Shown piece after piece: positions 11,277 through 24,763 of a stretch of DNA of 64,000 bases (the stretch's first letter is position 1; each line of letters begins with the position of its first letter). Source of the stretch: Lingula anatina. Taxonomy: Eukaryota > Animalia > Brachiopoda. The DNA lies in NCBI GenBank assembly GCA_051362555.1, contig CM120640.1:9486001-9550000 (forward strand), given 5' to 3'. The notes beneath the pieces were generated by a model, which was not told the DNA's origin, did no database searches, and saw nothing but the letters and a program-made list of their open reading frames with translations. A program made the translations under genes and the position numbers.

Positions 11277-14200
11277 GAACTCGAGCAACACAGGGTGACT
11301 CCTGGTCTCGCCACCAACACCAACCAATAATTGAACCGAGCAATTAATTTCTTCCTCTCCTTTCATATATCAACTATAAATACATGAAACAATGTTTAGT
11401 ATGTAAATTCACAAACGGGCTAATGGCCCCATTATAACGGTATCAAAGAGATGATTTCGTAATACTGTCAGCGGTAGAAGGAAAGGGCACAAATATCAGT
11501 TTGTTATGTCAGACTTTCACGTTGTATTAAAGGTGATTTTGGCATGGTTCACATCCACAACATAAAGGCCGCGCATGTGACAGCTAAAAGGTCGATGAGT
11601 TGAAGAACCCGCTGATGTTCTTGGCTGGTCACAATATCCAAAAGTACAACATACGTAAATATTATATAATTCCAATGGCTAGCGTTGAGATCTGAAATTT
11701 TGTATGGCTTGAAAAATGGCGACCTCTGAGTAGTTATGTCAGTTTTTAACAAAAGTTTACTTCAAAGCCATAAAACAATTTACATCCTCAAGTTGAACCA
11801 TTCTGTGATAAATATTGGTTCTTTAGTTTGCAACCTAGGGACTTCTTAAGTTCTTGATATATTGAAAAAACACAGTTTGGTATTCATACATAAGTTCTCA
11901 AAGTTTGGTCTACAAGGTTAAGTATATCCCCTGCTATTTCATATCATCGTGGGCGATTTGGCTCTTGCATACAAGCTACTTTTACGACCGGTCAGTCACG
12001 GTTGTAACTGGTACAACATGTGACACACTCTACGTAGGGTTGTGAGTGTGACACATACAACATAGGTTGGTAATTGTTACAGTATGTGACACACCAAAGA
12101 AAGGAACTGATAGCTGTATTTCAACTTATGTCTGTAAGTTAGATGCACACCTCTAGCGAAAGGCCAAAATCAATGTCTCCGATAATCGCAATTCAAATTA
12201 TTACAACATATTGTAAATGTCCATGCATTATTTATCATATAAACGGTGTTAGTTACTGCAGTAATGCAATTCAAAGCATTAATACAATTATGGCCGAGAT
12301 AAGTCTGTTTACCACAGTTTTTCTCTCGTATTTTAGCATCAGTAAATAAATTTTGAAAATCAATACAATGCCATGCATTGAATACCTGTTATGCTATGAA
12401 TTTATTTATTTTTCAAAACAATGACTTTATAAATGTTTACTGTCGCTTTAAATATTGCTTGTTCTCCAAGGCGTGTCGGTCTCTCCACCAAACCACACAA
12501 TTTGTAACTAACATGCGCGTCACTATGATTAAACCAACCCGATTTCATTGATAGACATCAGATGAATCTTCGTGTTCAACAGAGTAGGTAAAAATAGTTA
12601 AGTTGGAATATGCTTGACCTACAAATCAGCTTTACCACTCGAATAACTGGGCGTCGATGTCGTGCGTGCATTTTAAATTTTTTTGGCAGTATTTCACCGC
12701 CCTACACTATGTATCCTAATCCTTTTGAATGAGGAAATTAGGAACTAGGATGTTTGCGGTTTAAGGAAAAAAGCATTTGGGCTTTGCTAACAATAAGAAC
12801 CCGCAGTAGAGGTGCGCCCGTATAATCTATGTTGTATCTGAGTTAACTGTAGCATTCGGTCTAAATGACAGGTCACGGTGTGTCATTCAATAGACTCCCT
12901 TCCGGAATACGCTGTTAGCGACAAACAAAATGATTCAACCATTTCTCAACTAAGCTTTATTGCTCAAGTGAACCAAACAGAGTGTCAGGGTATGTGTCCA
13001 GAAGAAATAATGTAAGTTTACCCTTAAAAGTTATGTAATTAAGATTTTATCATTAGAATGACATTCTCAGAGAACCCTCTGAGTGACGTCTGAGTAACCG
13101 CAGCCTTGGGCTGAGGCATTAGTGACTTAAGGTATATATTTAAGGTATATTAATCAACTACCCATCCCCCCAGTGACAATTAGGCGCCAGAGACAGACAG
13201 AGAGACAGAATATAAAAAAATAAATGAATAAATAAATAGATAAACACTGTATATTATGTAGGAGGTAAGTAAAAATTCTGAAAACAATCTCATAGTTGAC
13301 CGAGGGTAAAGAAAAATCGAAGGAAGGAGGGCAGGATTTTATTCTTGTAAATATTGCTTTGAGATTTTACGCTTTAGCTTCGTGAAAGTTATTTGTTCTC
13401 ATTAACAACGATCTGGGATTTAATTGATTTAATTTCTGGGGTTATTTACATCGAACGGTCGAATTTTCTGAACCCATGAAATATAGAAATGCAGTGTGTG
13501 CTATCGAGTTATGCCAATTTGAATTTAAAACTTCTTGGACTCTAAAGATATTCGCCACGTGATATGCCTAAAAGCAACCATATAAATGCTGTTTCGTTTT
13601 TGATTTTAGATTTTTGACTTGAGGGGATACAAACTATCTGTCACAGCACATAAAATTGTAAATGAAGTGACTCTCATTCATGTTCACTTCACATGGTATT
13701 CATATGGGATGAAAAAGTAGGTAAATTTGTGAATTTTAAAACGCCATTTACAGTGCAGACCAAGTCACATCGTGTTATCAATTAGAATCATATAAATTGA
13801 AAGTTACTTGAATGAAGGGACGTGAATTGCGACAGGAGGTAAGAAGACTCTTGCTCTATAATGTTAGAACTCCACTTCAACCCAAATGATAAACTCATTG
13901 TGATACGTTATCTATGTGTTCAAGCCCCCTCCTATCAGCAGTATCGTTTTATGATTTCATGTCAAAGGTGATCTCACAATTTGGTACGGTTGATTATTTA
14001 GAACAATTGATGGGTAGATGTGTGTTTAATCTGATTTTGACCTTTTCTTTAAGTATCTATATTGGATTTAATTAATACTAGTCAGTTTATTACTGTGACT
14101 GGAGTATATATACAGTAATAGTTATTGCCGTCGTGTCTGTAGTAACAGTACTGAGAGCTACCGTTTATGTATGTGTATGCTAGAAGAGCATGTAGCTGGC

Positions 14201-17200
14201 CAACAGTTTTTTGGGTCTGTACCAGCAGGCAAGTTGTCGACTGTACGAAGCATGGACGCCAAATATCCTTGTGGTGTCTTCTGTGTAGGTTTGTTATCAT
14301 CGTTCAATATCATCAGGGCACGGTGAGTGATTCATGGTTATCATTTGTGATATGATTCTGAATACACTAGCAATCATCAGGAGTCCGAAAACTAAACTAG
14401 TAGTGAAATGTAAGAGAGAGAGAGAGAGAGAGAGAGGGGTTGAGAGGGAAAATCTCGTTAGTGAATGTGCGTCGCCACAACCTTTTACAACGAGTTACTA
14501 CATTTAGCTGTCTGTGCATTCAAAATGTAAACGGTCATAAAAGTGAAATTTTTGAGTGAGTTAACATCTTCCATTAACCTCAATACTGTCAGAGGCAGTA
14601 AGAATTTTTCTTGATCACTACACGACATCTTTTATTTGCTCTATTTTTATAGACTAAATGACACCGTATTGTTTTTAGAATGCATCCCCTCAAAATGGCA
14701 TGAAAGCATTTTGTCACCTGACAAGGAACTATTTGATGATGTAAAAGAGTAATGATGATGGTTTAAGAATAACAACTTAAACTACATGCCATTGTCGTGT
14801 TGTTGCTTAAATCAAAAGAGGCGGTTAGCCGCTCTTTACTCTAAAATAATTTGCTGCCAGATTAAAGGAAATGCAAATAACAATTCAGTATCTGTAGTAG
14901 GACAGAGCTGATGGTCAAGTGTAGATATTGCAGTGACCACAGACCGTCCTATTTAACCACTTATATATAGCTCACGACCAAAACGCTGCATGCAGTGCCA
15001 AACGCGAGTTATCTCCACGTGACAGCACACCATAAACCCTTATCATCATAGCAACAGTTGTTCAGTTCCCTTAAAAAGGCATATTTCTTGTTTTTATCCA
15101 TGGTGAGTAACATTAACTGTGAACTTTCACAAGTGAAACAACCTGATTGCAAAAATTCTCGTTGGATTGTCTTTATTTTTGTATTGCTATATTTTTGTAT
15201 TGCTATATTGATTGTGTTTTAATGCACTAATTGAATTTCACATTCGAGTTGATGCTGACGTTCACAGCTTCAATATACAGGATAAAAGCACAATGGGTAA
15301 ACCACCAAATTTTCCCAGTCATTACAACTATTTACTTCCATTATTTATAACCGTGGGCCGAACACAGAAGCACCGTTATTGCTGTTTTATTACTCTTATC
15401 TTATCTACCACAAAACAAACACTACCTTAATAATCAATTTGCGGCTTGCCTCAGGTTTAAGCCTTGGGATTAATATACCACACGGAACAGTTTTGTTTAA
15501 AACAGGGAAGAGGTGCAGGAAATCGAACCTCTGTCACCACTAGATTTGCCAATACGCATATTAATGATTAAGTTAATGAGATTGAGGTTTTTCAGTATGA
15601 TGTAGGGTTTTAAGCACCATGAGATCACGAACAGTGTGGCAACCTGTTGTATTGGAGCTAACATATTTTAACATATATGACAGCACCGTCAATTTGGGAG
15701 TTTAATACAAACTTGAACTCATCCAGGTTTGTAATCAAATGATTTCGTGGGACGATCACACTGCTTAGTCGCATATTTAAAGAATCAGAAAGTCATGTGT
15801 AGTCCAGAGGGTCACCTGTCAATTACTCCTTGTGGAACAAACTTTCAACATCGTGGAGTAATACACTCTGATATCAGGGGCCCACTTAAGTACTATGCAA
15901 AATCTTTTCTTTTTTTTTTTTTTTTGTAAAAGAGTTCTAGCACACCCTGTGGAGTAGTGAGTAGTGGAGTGAAGCAGGGCGGAAAAGGTCCACAAGGTGA
16001 TCGGAATGGCCTAGGCAACAAAATTACCAAAATATATATATTTTTGTTTGCATTATTTTGTTTGTTTGTGTGGTGATGGAATAAGCGTCCATACCTGTGA
16101 CTCTGTCTGCATAGGCCTAGTGGCATTTTGGTAATTAACTTTATTATTTCTTTAAAAGAAAATTTCTATTCTAAACTGTTACGAGAATTACTTATCAGTG
16201 TTTTTGAGATAAGTGGGGTTATGTGATTGGGCAAGTAAACAAATGCTAAGTAATTGCTATAAATGCCCTATTGAATCACGTGTTTGTTTTCATGCCTCCA
16301 TGTGACAGATTGAATGCACTTTCATAAGGCAAACGACATTGAATTGTATAGATTTATGAGCTTGCTAAAAAAAAGGCAGCAGGAAGAAGTGCATAGTGGT
16401 GTGTAGTCATCCAAAATTCAGTTGCACCACTGACGACGACGACAGCCAAGACCGTGATATCTGGTAAATTTCATGAACTTCCATCATAGATTTTCATCGT
16501 TCTATCCTACCACATTGGACTAGGTTTGTATCTGCTTCTCTTAGCCAATTTATTTGTTTTATTTCGTGATTGCATCTCATAAACCACACAGTAGTGTATG
16601 CTGGCTAGCATAGTGGTATTTATTTTCCTTACATTGGAGTTTACGGCATTGAAAAACTTGAACAAATATACTAATTTAGAAAAGCATGAGAAATAAACTA
16701 CTGTAGTTCTTACATAGCCAATATTTCAAGCTATTGGCAAAACGCTTTTCACATTGCATTGAAATTACATATCTGATGACACTTTTCAACACTTAACCAA
16801 TTTGACTACTGTGGGACTTTTAAGTTTTAACTTCAAAGTTGTGTCCTTCCTCTTTACCACCTTGGATTGTGGCGAAAGTGGTTTGGATCAGCTGATTTGA
16901 ATTCAGCTTTTAGATGCAGTGTAATTTTGTGCTACACGACTGAGAGAAAAAAACAGGGGTCAGTAGAACAAGACAGTAAAACGTGTTCAGATCTATCATT
17001 CAGAGAATCTTTTCTCAGGGGACCGTGTTCTACACTGGCCTGTAAGATTGTGATCGAATGATGTACTATAAAGTTTGGGTATGAATACCTAGTTCTCAAC
17101 TATGAAAAATAACTGTACCAGAAATAAAGGATATAATGTAACAATAAAAACCCAAATATTTATTGGAACCTACTGAGATAAACAACTGTATCAAAAAATC

Positions 17201-18076
17201 AAATATTAATTGGTACGCAACTAAGGAAATAAAAAAGACCATTCTAAAACACAAGAGACTCTTCATCTTGTAGGTTGAAATAATTCGAAACTTTTTTGCG
17301 TGTCATATGATATTTCAGCTTTTGATATAAGTTCACTAATGAAGACGTATTACAGAAGTACAACCGGCATTATGCAAGTGTCGTTACATGAACTAGCCAC
17401 TGTTATGTGTGGAATGCTAATGGGGCGAAAGAGGACAAGTGGCAGGTTCATTGCGAACCTTAGCATTTTTCACTGAGTCCTTTTAACTAGGGGTATCAAA
17501 AGTTTCACTTTAACTTTTTCATTGAAAATGCTCTAGGTCTACCATGTTTGGACAGCAGATTTGAATCACTTGTGGTACATGTACCTACAGCATTCATCAT
17601 AATGGAACAAAGAGTGCTGTATGTTCAGTTCCTGGCTCAACCACATCGAGTGTGCTATAGTGACCATTTGATCCTGAAAAGAATTAATTTATGTGTTGGT
17701 CATTCACTTGTATTGCTATAGACATGCACGGTGCACATGTACCATATCACAGATATATAACTGTAAACTATACATTGCACATTTACTACGTACTACACTA
17801 TTGTACATATTTAAATCAACTGAAGGCTAGAATAGTGGTCTGGTTGAATAATCAATCAAAGGTATATGAATGTGAATGATGTGGGTTTTACTCTGCCACT
17901 GTAGATTTCCCACAGTTTTAAAGTGCATCAAATGCATTAAACACATTTGCGGTTTCCTTAAATCTTCAACAAAGTCTCACGTTTTTCATATTTTCAGGGA
18001 AAGCCGAAAAATGAAGATGGAACTATTTGACAGACGGAATCTTTAAGATCGACATTAACAGCATCTTCTGAAAGCA

Positions 18077-19336
18077 ATGCAGTCGTCCGTCAATAAATCC
18101 AGTTTCTTCGGATTTGAGGAAGGATGGGGAAACCGGTCCTACTTTGCCTACTATGGTCAATTCCAAAGAGAAAGTACAGCCATTGTTGGGATTGAAGTGT
18201 TCTTTTTAATTCTACTATGGATCTGGGGTGTGGTAGGAAACGTCCTTGTAATAATTGTCGTCATAAGCAACAAGGGAATGAGGAAAAGTAACACGAACTT
18301 ATTCATTGTGAACTTATCAGTGTCAGACATACTGTTCACTATGGGAAACCCTCTCATTGCAACTACACGGGTTACTGAAAGTTGGATCTTTGGCAGAGTA
18401 CTGTGCGGCCTCATGCCTCTATTAGAATTCGTGTGTGGTTACGTATCCATATGGACAATGACATTCATCAGCATTGACCGCTTTCGCGTCATCGTTGGTC
18501 ACAGATCACGGAAATTCAAATTAGGAACCGTGATAGGTATGGTGGCATTTACATGGATCTCGGGAATATTATTTTTCATTCCTCTGGCAATTTACTTCCA
18601 GATTCGTGAATTTCCATTTAAAGGAGGCACTGCGACACTATGTACGCTCGTCTGGCCTTACGTTAGCGAAACTTTTAATGTGTCCTACCCTTATACAGCT
18701 GTTGGAATTAGCCTCTTTTTCATAGTGCCGCTGGTCATTATTGTTCACAACTATTCGCGGATACTTCATTTCTTGTGGAAAAAGCGACAAAAATTAAACA
18801 AATCTCTCCGGACAAGTTCAGAAATCGGCAGTTTTAGCACAATAAGTAGGAACGGCACAAATAATGTCAACGGGGAGACTTTGAGAAGGAGGACGGTAAG
18901 CGATTGCGAAGCGTCCCGAGATCAGAGAGACCTGAACGTTGTTCGATTCCTTGTGATCATTGTGGTTGCTTTTATCGTTAGTTGGACTCCTATTTTCATA
19001 ACACTGTCTCTGGTTGTTTACGATGGGAACATGGAAGTACCTACGCTTTCTTCTCAGATTTTTATTCTCACAGCTTCCATCACTTTCTTAAATGCGTGCA
19101 TAAACCCTATAATCTACGGCACTTTTAATCAAAACTTTCGCCGAGGTTTCAAAAAGATTGGACAGTCTCTTAAACTGTGTAAATCAATGCGGGACATTGA
19201 CACAAGCATTCGCTGCTCAAGTACTGAGAATCACCACCCAAGTAAAGATGGGAATCATGACAGTGGAATAGTGCTTTCAAATGTCAACGCAGAAGGACAG
19301 CTGCATGCAGATATGCACCAGGAAGAAAAGTTTTGA
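18077..19336 (+). CDS. Class A GPCR, free fatty acid receptor 4 (GPR120)-like, 419 aa
   Basis: Seven hydrophobic segments with GN (TM1), NLxxxD (TM2), IDRF (TM3), SWTP (TM6), NPIIY (TM7). FFAR4-like motifs NRSYF, PLIATTRVTESW, CTLVWP. Acceptor ttttcag| at 17997 implies an upstream non-coding exon. Confidence 0.93.
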   Translation: MQSSVNKSSFFGFEEGWGNRSYFAYYGQFQRESTAIVGIEVFFLILLWIWGVVGNVLVIIVVISNKGMRKSNTNLFIVNLSVSDILFTMGNPLIATTRVTESWIFGRVLCGLMPLLEFVCGYVSIWTMTFISIDRFRVIVGHRSRKFKLGTVIGMVAFTWISGILFFIPLAIYFQIREFPFKGGTATLCTLVWPYVSETFNVSYPYTAVGISLFFIVPLVIIVHNYSRILHFLWKKRQKLNKSLRTSSEIGSFSTISRNGTNNVNGETLRRRTVSDCEASRDQRDLNVVRFLVIIVVAFIVSWTPIFITLSLVVYDGNMEVPTLSSQIFILTASITFLNACINPIIYGTFNQNFRRGFKKIGQSLKLCKSMRDIDTSIRCSSTENHHPSKDGNHDSGIVLSNVNAEGQLHADMHQEEKF

Positions 19337-21289
19337 CCGTGTAAAATAATGATAATGACCTTTCCAACATTTAGTAGATATGTTCTATATGTATGCATAC
19401 ACTGTTTGACACCAAGTAGGTGTGTCCGTAAATTGCGATAGAGGTGATAGTGAATTGCGCCACTAATCCAAAAGCCTACGGTGTAATCTGAAGCGATGTG
19501 TATTAATTCAACGGATATTGTGTTCTTTTTCCGCTGTAAATATTTATGTATTTTTGGAAAATAACAGATGTTTCGTATCGTATTTTGTAACTAATAGACT
19601 TAACAAATGGCGGATTAATGATTGCTGAACTTGGGTATATTTAAAAGATTCATAGCATCGGCGGAAGGCCTAAATTTCACTAAATTGTGTTTCAAAGTGA
19701 ACGTTTTTTCTGAGCTTGCTACTGTCAAAATGACAATTTCATTTTTCATGTTAAAGTTTTGCTAATACTTACTTTTAACAGTATCTTACTAGTGAAATGC
19801 TGTTTTTATAGCAATGTTTGATATGTACATGTACTAAGTTTTCTATTATACATATTTCCTCTTTTTCAATATGATATTTTCATTCATATGAAGCGATCAC
19901 CACTTTTGTTTTCTTGACCATCTTATGTAAGAATTGTAAATCCCACGCACAAAGGCCCATTTTATTTAAGAAGCAAAGCGTAAATTAAATCATAATGCCT
20001 TTATCATTTTCACCATTTGCATGTATCATTACTAATTGCTCTTTCCAGACAGCATTACGTATAAAACAACTACAATCGACTTCTCCGTGTTATCCCACCG
20101 TTTTTCCTTTTTGTCGAGCACGTATTTTCCTAATTAACTTATGAATAATGGAAAATTCGTTGAAACTGCTTAGAATTTGACCCTACAAGGGCACCCGAAG
20201 AACAACAGAGAGGTTTGCCAGGCTGTGAATGCGTGAAAGCAATATTCCCCTTTATAAGATGCATCTAGTTCTTAACATCCGTTTTAAAGATAAGAAACAA
20301 ACACAATTAGGATTTCAATACAAGGCACCATCATCGAAAATATGTTACAAATGTATATCATGTTTGTTGGTCTTAGGGTAGTGTCTTTTATTCCCCGGTT
20401 ATAATAGATTGGAAGGGGGGCTATTTTTTTAATGCATTTTGAAATTTCTGGGATTTTTCTTTTCCAATTTTACTAAATCCTAACAAACACACAGACGCCT
20501 TGCTATTGTTTAAGGGTAAGGAGGTAATGTTCTTTGAACAGCTCTCCCTTTATTTGTCCTATTAGCAAAGATAAAGTAAATATTCATAAAACCACGCGTC
20601 ACATCACGAAATGCTCTATCTATACATACACAAGATTGTTAATGCCAAGCGATTTTGAAATTCTTGTTAAAAAAAGTATAAGGCTTTTTCCAAAACTTGT
20701 TAGCAATATAACCTACTGGACCTTAGTTAGGTTTTTGATACTGAAAACAATACAAGAATTAAATATTTAACAACGCCGAGATAAAACTAATTAATCACCG
20801 ACTGTTACAAATAGAGCAAGCAACTAATAACAGATACACTCAAAAGTTCTTATCAAGCATTCAAAAAAAAAAAAAAAACTATGACAAGTAAGCTAATTCC
20901 ATTTATACAAACAAACAAAGTTGCTATTACTGAGCTTCGTAGCTTTAATTGCTTTCAATGACGAAAGCAAGTCATACTTAAACAACCCAAGGTTGTATTT
21001 ATTCGTTTCGGCTCAATCTCCTTTTTAGTTATACGATAACTAACAAACACCCACTTTGCATAGGAACAGGGACATTCAATTTCGATCCAAATGAAAAATC
21101 TGACAGACTTTTAAATTGTTGGCCACGAGACACAGGTAAATCAGAGGATTTAAGACAATAAACATCATTTTTATAGCGTCCTCCCTTGTGGTGGATCCAG
21201 AGAAATGCTTCTTTTCGAGGCCGCTTCGTGAGATTGGTTGTTTCAAGAACACCCTTTTCTTGAATTATATCACACATCTTAACCGTCCT

Positions 21290-21409
21290 TTATGCTCCGA
21301 TCCTGCAGTTTGATGCGGACGCACTGAAACCCGTGTAGACAACGTCGCAAGTGGAGATATTGTTGTCAAAGTCCAATTCGGCCACCATGTACTCGGGATT
21401 AATGTGTAT
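21290..21409 (-). CDS. LOXL: Lysyl oxidase-like, exon 9 (last)
   Basis: IHINPEYMVAELDFDNNISTCDVVYTGFSASASNCRIGA*; acceptor ttttttcaag; phase 0. Confidence 0.92.
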   Translation of the reverse strand: MHINPEYMVAELDFDNNISTCDVVYTGFSASASNCRIGA

Positions 21410-22056
21410 CTTGAAAAAAATTGTCATATAATTTACTTTATGCATTTATTTATAAGTAAACGACAGTCATATCAACGTGCAGACCTAAGTCTGCGGTCCG
21501 TTTACCTAGCTAAAATCTAAAACACAAATAAAGCAATAGCTAACTGACTTGTTAGCAATAGCTAGCTCACTTGTTTTCAGTTTGTCACTAACATCAGAAA
21601 CATGCAAAAGTATTTAAATGAAAAAAAAAAGAGTTCACGATTGTTTTTCATATCATAAATGTTACTCGCACTGGTGGATTTGCTAAGGCAGCAAGGAGGG
21701 GGGCAAGGATAAGCGAATGGCTTCGCTCGGCAAATTTGAAATGAGAGACTAGAACAATTTAAATGTAATATGCATTGAACAGGGATGGGAAAATTCTGTT
21801 TCTATGTTATGATGTGTTTCATGAGGCAGACTTCCAACAAGCACAATATCCTACTCAGCCAAACCCCCTCCGTCTAAATGGCCCAAAATCGATTTGTTTT
21901 TTCTGCCTTAGACACCCCAGTAGTAGGCCTACAAGTGGAGGGTGGGGCTTTATCCGCATACACACACCCTTCGAGTCGGTATTGTGGTATTGCGCTGCGG
22001 TGACATAAGACTGATGTGAAACATTTTGTGCTGAAAAACGTGCTTAGAGTACGTAC

Positions 22057-22151
22057 CCGCAGTATATAATTCCCAGGTTTGACATTGGATATATCAATCC
22101 ACTGACAGTCAATGTCTCTGTCGTATACGTCAGAGCAGCCCGGAGATATTC
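22057..22151 (-). CDS. LOXL: Lysyl oxidase-like, exon 8
   Basis: [32 protein letters not shown]; carries the LTQ tyrosine; AG/GT boundaries in phase. Confidence 0.95.
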
Positions 22152-22509
22152 CTAATAATATCACACAGAAATACTATAAGAATCGTAAAAAATAAACACA
22201 GTTATAGAATATTAACTTGGCGGTATAAAACAACATGAATACTGATAGATTAATGTAGGCTAATATGCCCCCCCCCCCCCCAAAGTTGTCAGTCTGGACA
22301 AGAGCGAAGTTACAGTAAAACGCGTAGAATATTTTTGTAACTTTTACCCGAAAAGTTCAGGCTTTTTACCTATTGATACAAATAAGATAAAATGGATATA
22401 AATAAGATAAAAATCAACCATATTAGCACACGAATAAGCAATGTGCAAAAATAATATGAATTAAAGTAAGAAATAATTCAAGCGTTTTAAAAATGAAAAA
22501 CATTTAAAC

Positions 22510-22667
22510 CTTGGTCTCCATAGTTAACACAGGAATAAACTTTCTTGGATCCATTGTGGCAGTGAACGTCTTCCAGACAGAACCCTGCTTTATGCCCCTC
22601 GGCCACGTTGTTTCCTTCAGTGTCTATCAAGTCGTAATGTGCAAACACCAACATACTGTGGTAATGT
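22510..22667 (-). CDS. LOXL: Lysyl oxidase-like, exon 7
   Basis: [13 protein letters not shown]...[12 protein letters not shown]...YGDQ; copper His ligands and LTQ lysine. Confidence 0.95.
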
Positions 22668-23119
22668 CTGTAAAACAAACGACCAATTATACATATTGTA
22701 CATGTTTTTTTTTTACCAAAGTAGTTTGTATCTGCTCTTTTGTAGTGCATCCTGCATCTGCATTATTCTACGCCTCGTTTGTTTTGCCATTGCCTTGTGC
22801 CTATTACCTTATGAGAAGCATTGCAACTGGGATTCAAATGAAGTTATAACAGCAGTTACTAAACCAGCTTTAAGTACCATTTACGACCATTAATAAAGTA
22901 CTTGTTGATTCTTGGTGCTTCTTGGTAGAAGTATATACTTTTTATGGACTCATATTTAACATATTTGTAATACAGTTAAAACATATATCTTGAAAAAAAC
23001 TTAATGAAGTGCAGCCGAAAGTCAGCACGAGGCTAAAGGTGTTTTATGATCAAAATAAAAGAATCTATATAACTCACTGCATTACTTAAAAATAATCCGG
23101 GGCCAAAAAGAACACTCAC

Positions 23120-23240
23120 AAGTGGCATGCATGCCAGTCCCAGGCTGTTTTGGGGGTATGTGGATTAAAAGGCGCCGTCCCATGGTTGTGAATGTCACTG
23201 GTAAAACGTAACAGGCGCCTCTGGTGAGTGGACCAAGTTC
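23120..23240 (-). CDS. LOXL: Lysyl oxidase-like, exon 6
   Basis: RTWSTHQRRLLRFTSDIHNHGTAPFNPHTPKTAWDWHACH; joins exon 7 to give WDWHACHLHYHSM. Confidence 0.95.
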
Positions 23241-23489
23241 CTGAAATGAAGACGAGTTTGATATCTTATTGATATTTTATTATAGGCGATTTCACGGTTT
23301 CACAAAAGGATTGTGTGTATGTGTGTAATGAGAGGGTTAAAATGAACATTATGAATTTAATCATAAATTTAAAATTAAAGATAAAGGTAAACTCTTTCTG
23401 CAAAGTATGTTATGTTCTAATGGAATATCAATACTGGATTGCAATGAGGGGGCGTGATAATCTTTTAATCTGACTGCACTCAGCAAGAG

Positions 23490-23540
23490 TCCCGAGGTCT
23501 ACGTAGAACGTAGAACGATAGTTTCATTGGGAATGAGCCC
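23490..23540. mobile_element. Right-end fragment of a Harbinger-like MITE
   Basis: atagtttcattgggaatgagccc+TTA matches the right end of 43610-43853. Confidence 0.6.
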
Positions 23541-23586
23541 TTAATGAGTAGCATTGTCCATTTGCTATTCTACTGTCTGTTCTTAC

Positions 23587-23727
23587 TTGGATTTCTTTCT
23601 ATGTAATCGTAGGCATCAGACGGAAAGCAGTTCTCTTCCAAAGCACATGTCATGTATAAGAAGGGTCGGTCTTGTAAGTAAACAGACATTTCCAAAGCCG
23701 TTAAATTCAGCTTGATGTCTGGGAGCT
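23587..23727 (-). CDS. LOXL: Lysyl oxidase-like, exon 5
   Basis: LPDIKLNLTALEMSVYLQDRPFLYMTCALEENCFPSDAY; start of the LOX catalytic domain. Confidence 0.95.
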
Positions 23728-24039
23728 CTGAAAGAAAGATATAGTATCGTTTTGAACTCTGTAAGTCTGCAAGTATTTTAACAAAACACCCTATACACAT
23801 GTTAATATGGTTCCAATACTTTAATAATTGCAAATTATTTTTAATCAACCATCCATATACTTCATAATATATTTATATCAGTTTAGTGCGCCTCTGCAAT
23901 GAAAACTTTAAACATTTAAAATATCACTTAATATATATATTGGGAAAACAATTAGCATTGGCTTATACACAATAAGAAGAGCTGAAGGCAAAAACTTGCA
24001 AATTTTGTCGGTGACTCTAGATCTAATCACCGTACTTAC

Positions 24040-24208
24040 GATCTGTGCATGACACCCCGGCGATGGATGCAGGTCTAGAGCACCTTGTTTTGACGCCTTC
24101 GTGGTTTAAGAAACTGTGGTGCCGACATTCTGAAAGCGTGCTTTCTTTACCCGTACACTCGATTCCAGCAAAAGCCTTCCTCATGGTTTGCCCTTGGAAA
24201 TAGTTTGC
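24040..24208 (-). CDS. LOXL: Lysyl oxidase-like, exon 4 (second half of SRCR2)
   Basis: ANYFQGQTMRKAFAGIECTGKESTLSECRHH...AGVSCTD; phases 0/1. Confidence 0.92.
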
Positions 24209-24598
24209 CTATTACGACAAAATGATGCATTGGTTCGAATCCTACACGACAAGACATGCCCGTGCTTAGGACCCACGAAATATATTTCATGTCGACAACG
24301 CTCGGTTTGGATTACAGCAAAGGATAAAGTAGTTTAGATTGCCTATATAGGTTCAAAACTGTCGTTAGCAGTAGAGTAATTTTGATAATAAAATCTTTCT
24401 CTCCACTGCAAATTTATTTGAAAATCGTTGTAAAATAATTTTCAACATTTTAATCACACTCTCTATACAATCAGTCACCATTTTGCCACATTTTCATATC
24501 TTTCAAACTTTTTCCAGATTCTTTTCATGTGAATAATTTATTAAATCTTCACAATTATCTAAACAGTTGTAATTTGTTGACTTGGCACACGTACTTAC

Positions 24599-24763
24599 CC
24601 GATGAGCGCGATCAGCGTAACCATACCCCAACTGCCTGCACACAACCATTGCCTCCAGAAGGCTCCAGTAAGTCCCGCATACGGTCTTCCATTTGCCGTC
24701 CACTCTAACCTCCACGCGACCTTCTTTGCGGTGTCTTCCCCCTTTTAGTCGAACCTTATACTC
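24599..24763 (-). CDS. LOXL: Lysyl oxidase-like, exon 3 (first half of SRCR2)
   Basis: EYKVRLKGGRHRKEGRVEV...VCGTYWSLLEAMVVCRQLGYG. Confidence 0.95.

Noticed and set aside
15505-15580. tRNA gene (B-box-like GGTTCGATTTCC on the minus strand; similar near 26155)
   Set aside because: No cloverleaf or A box; at most a decayed SINE head.
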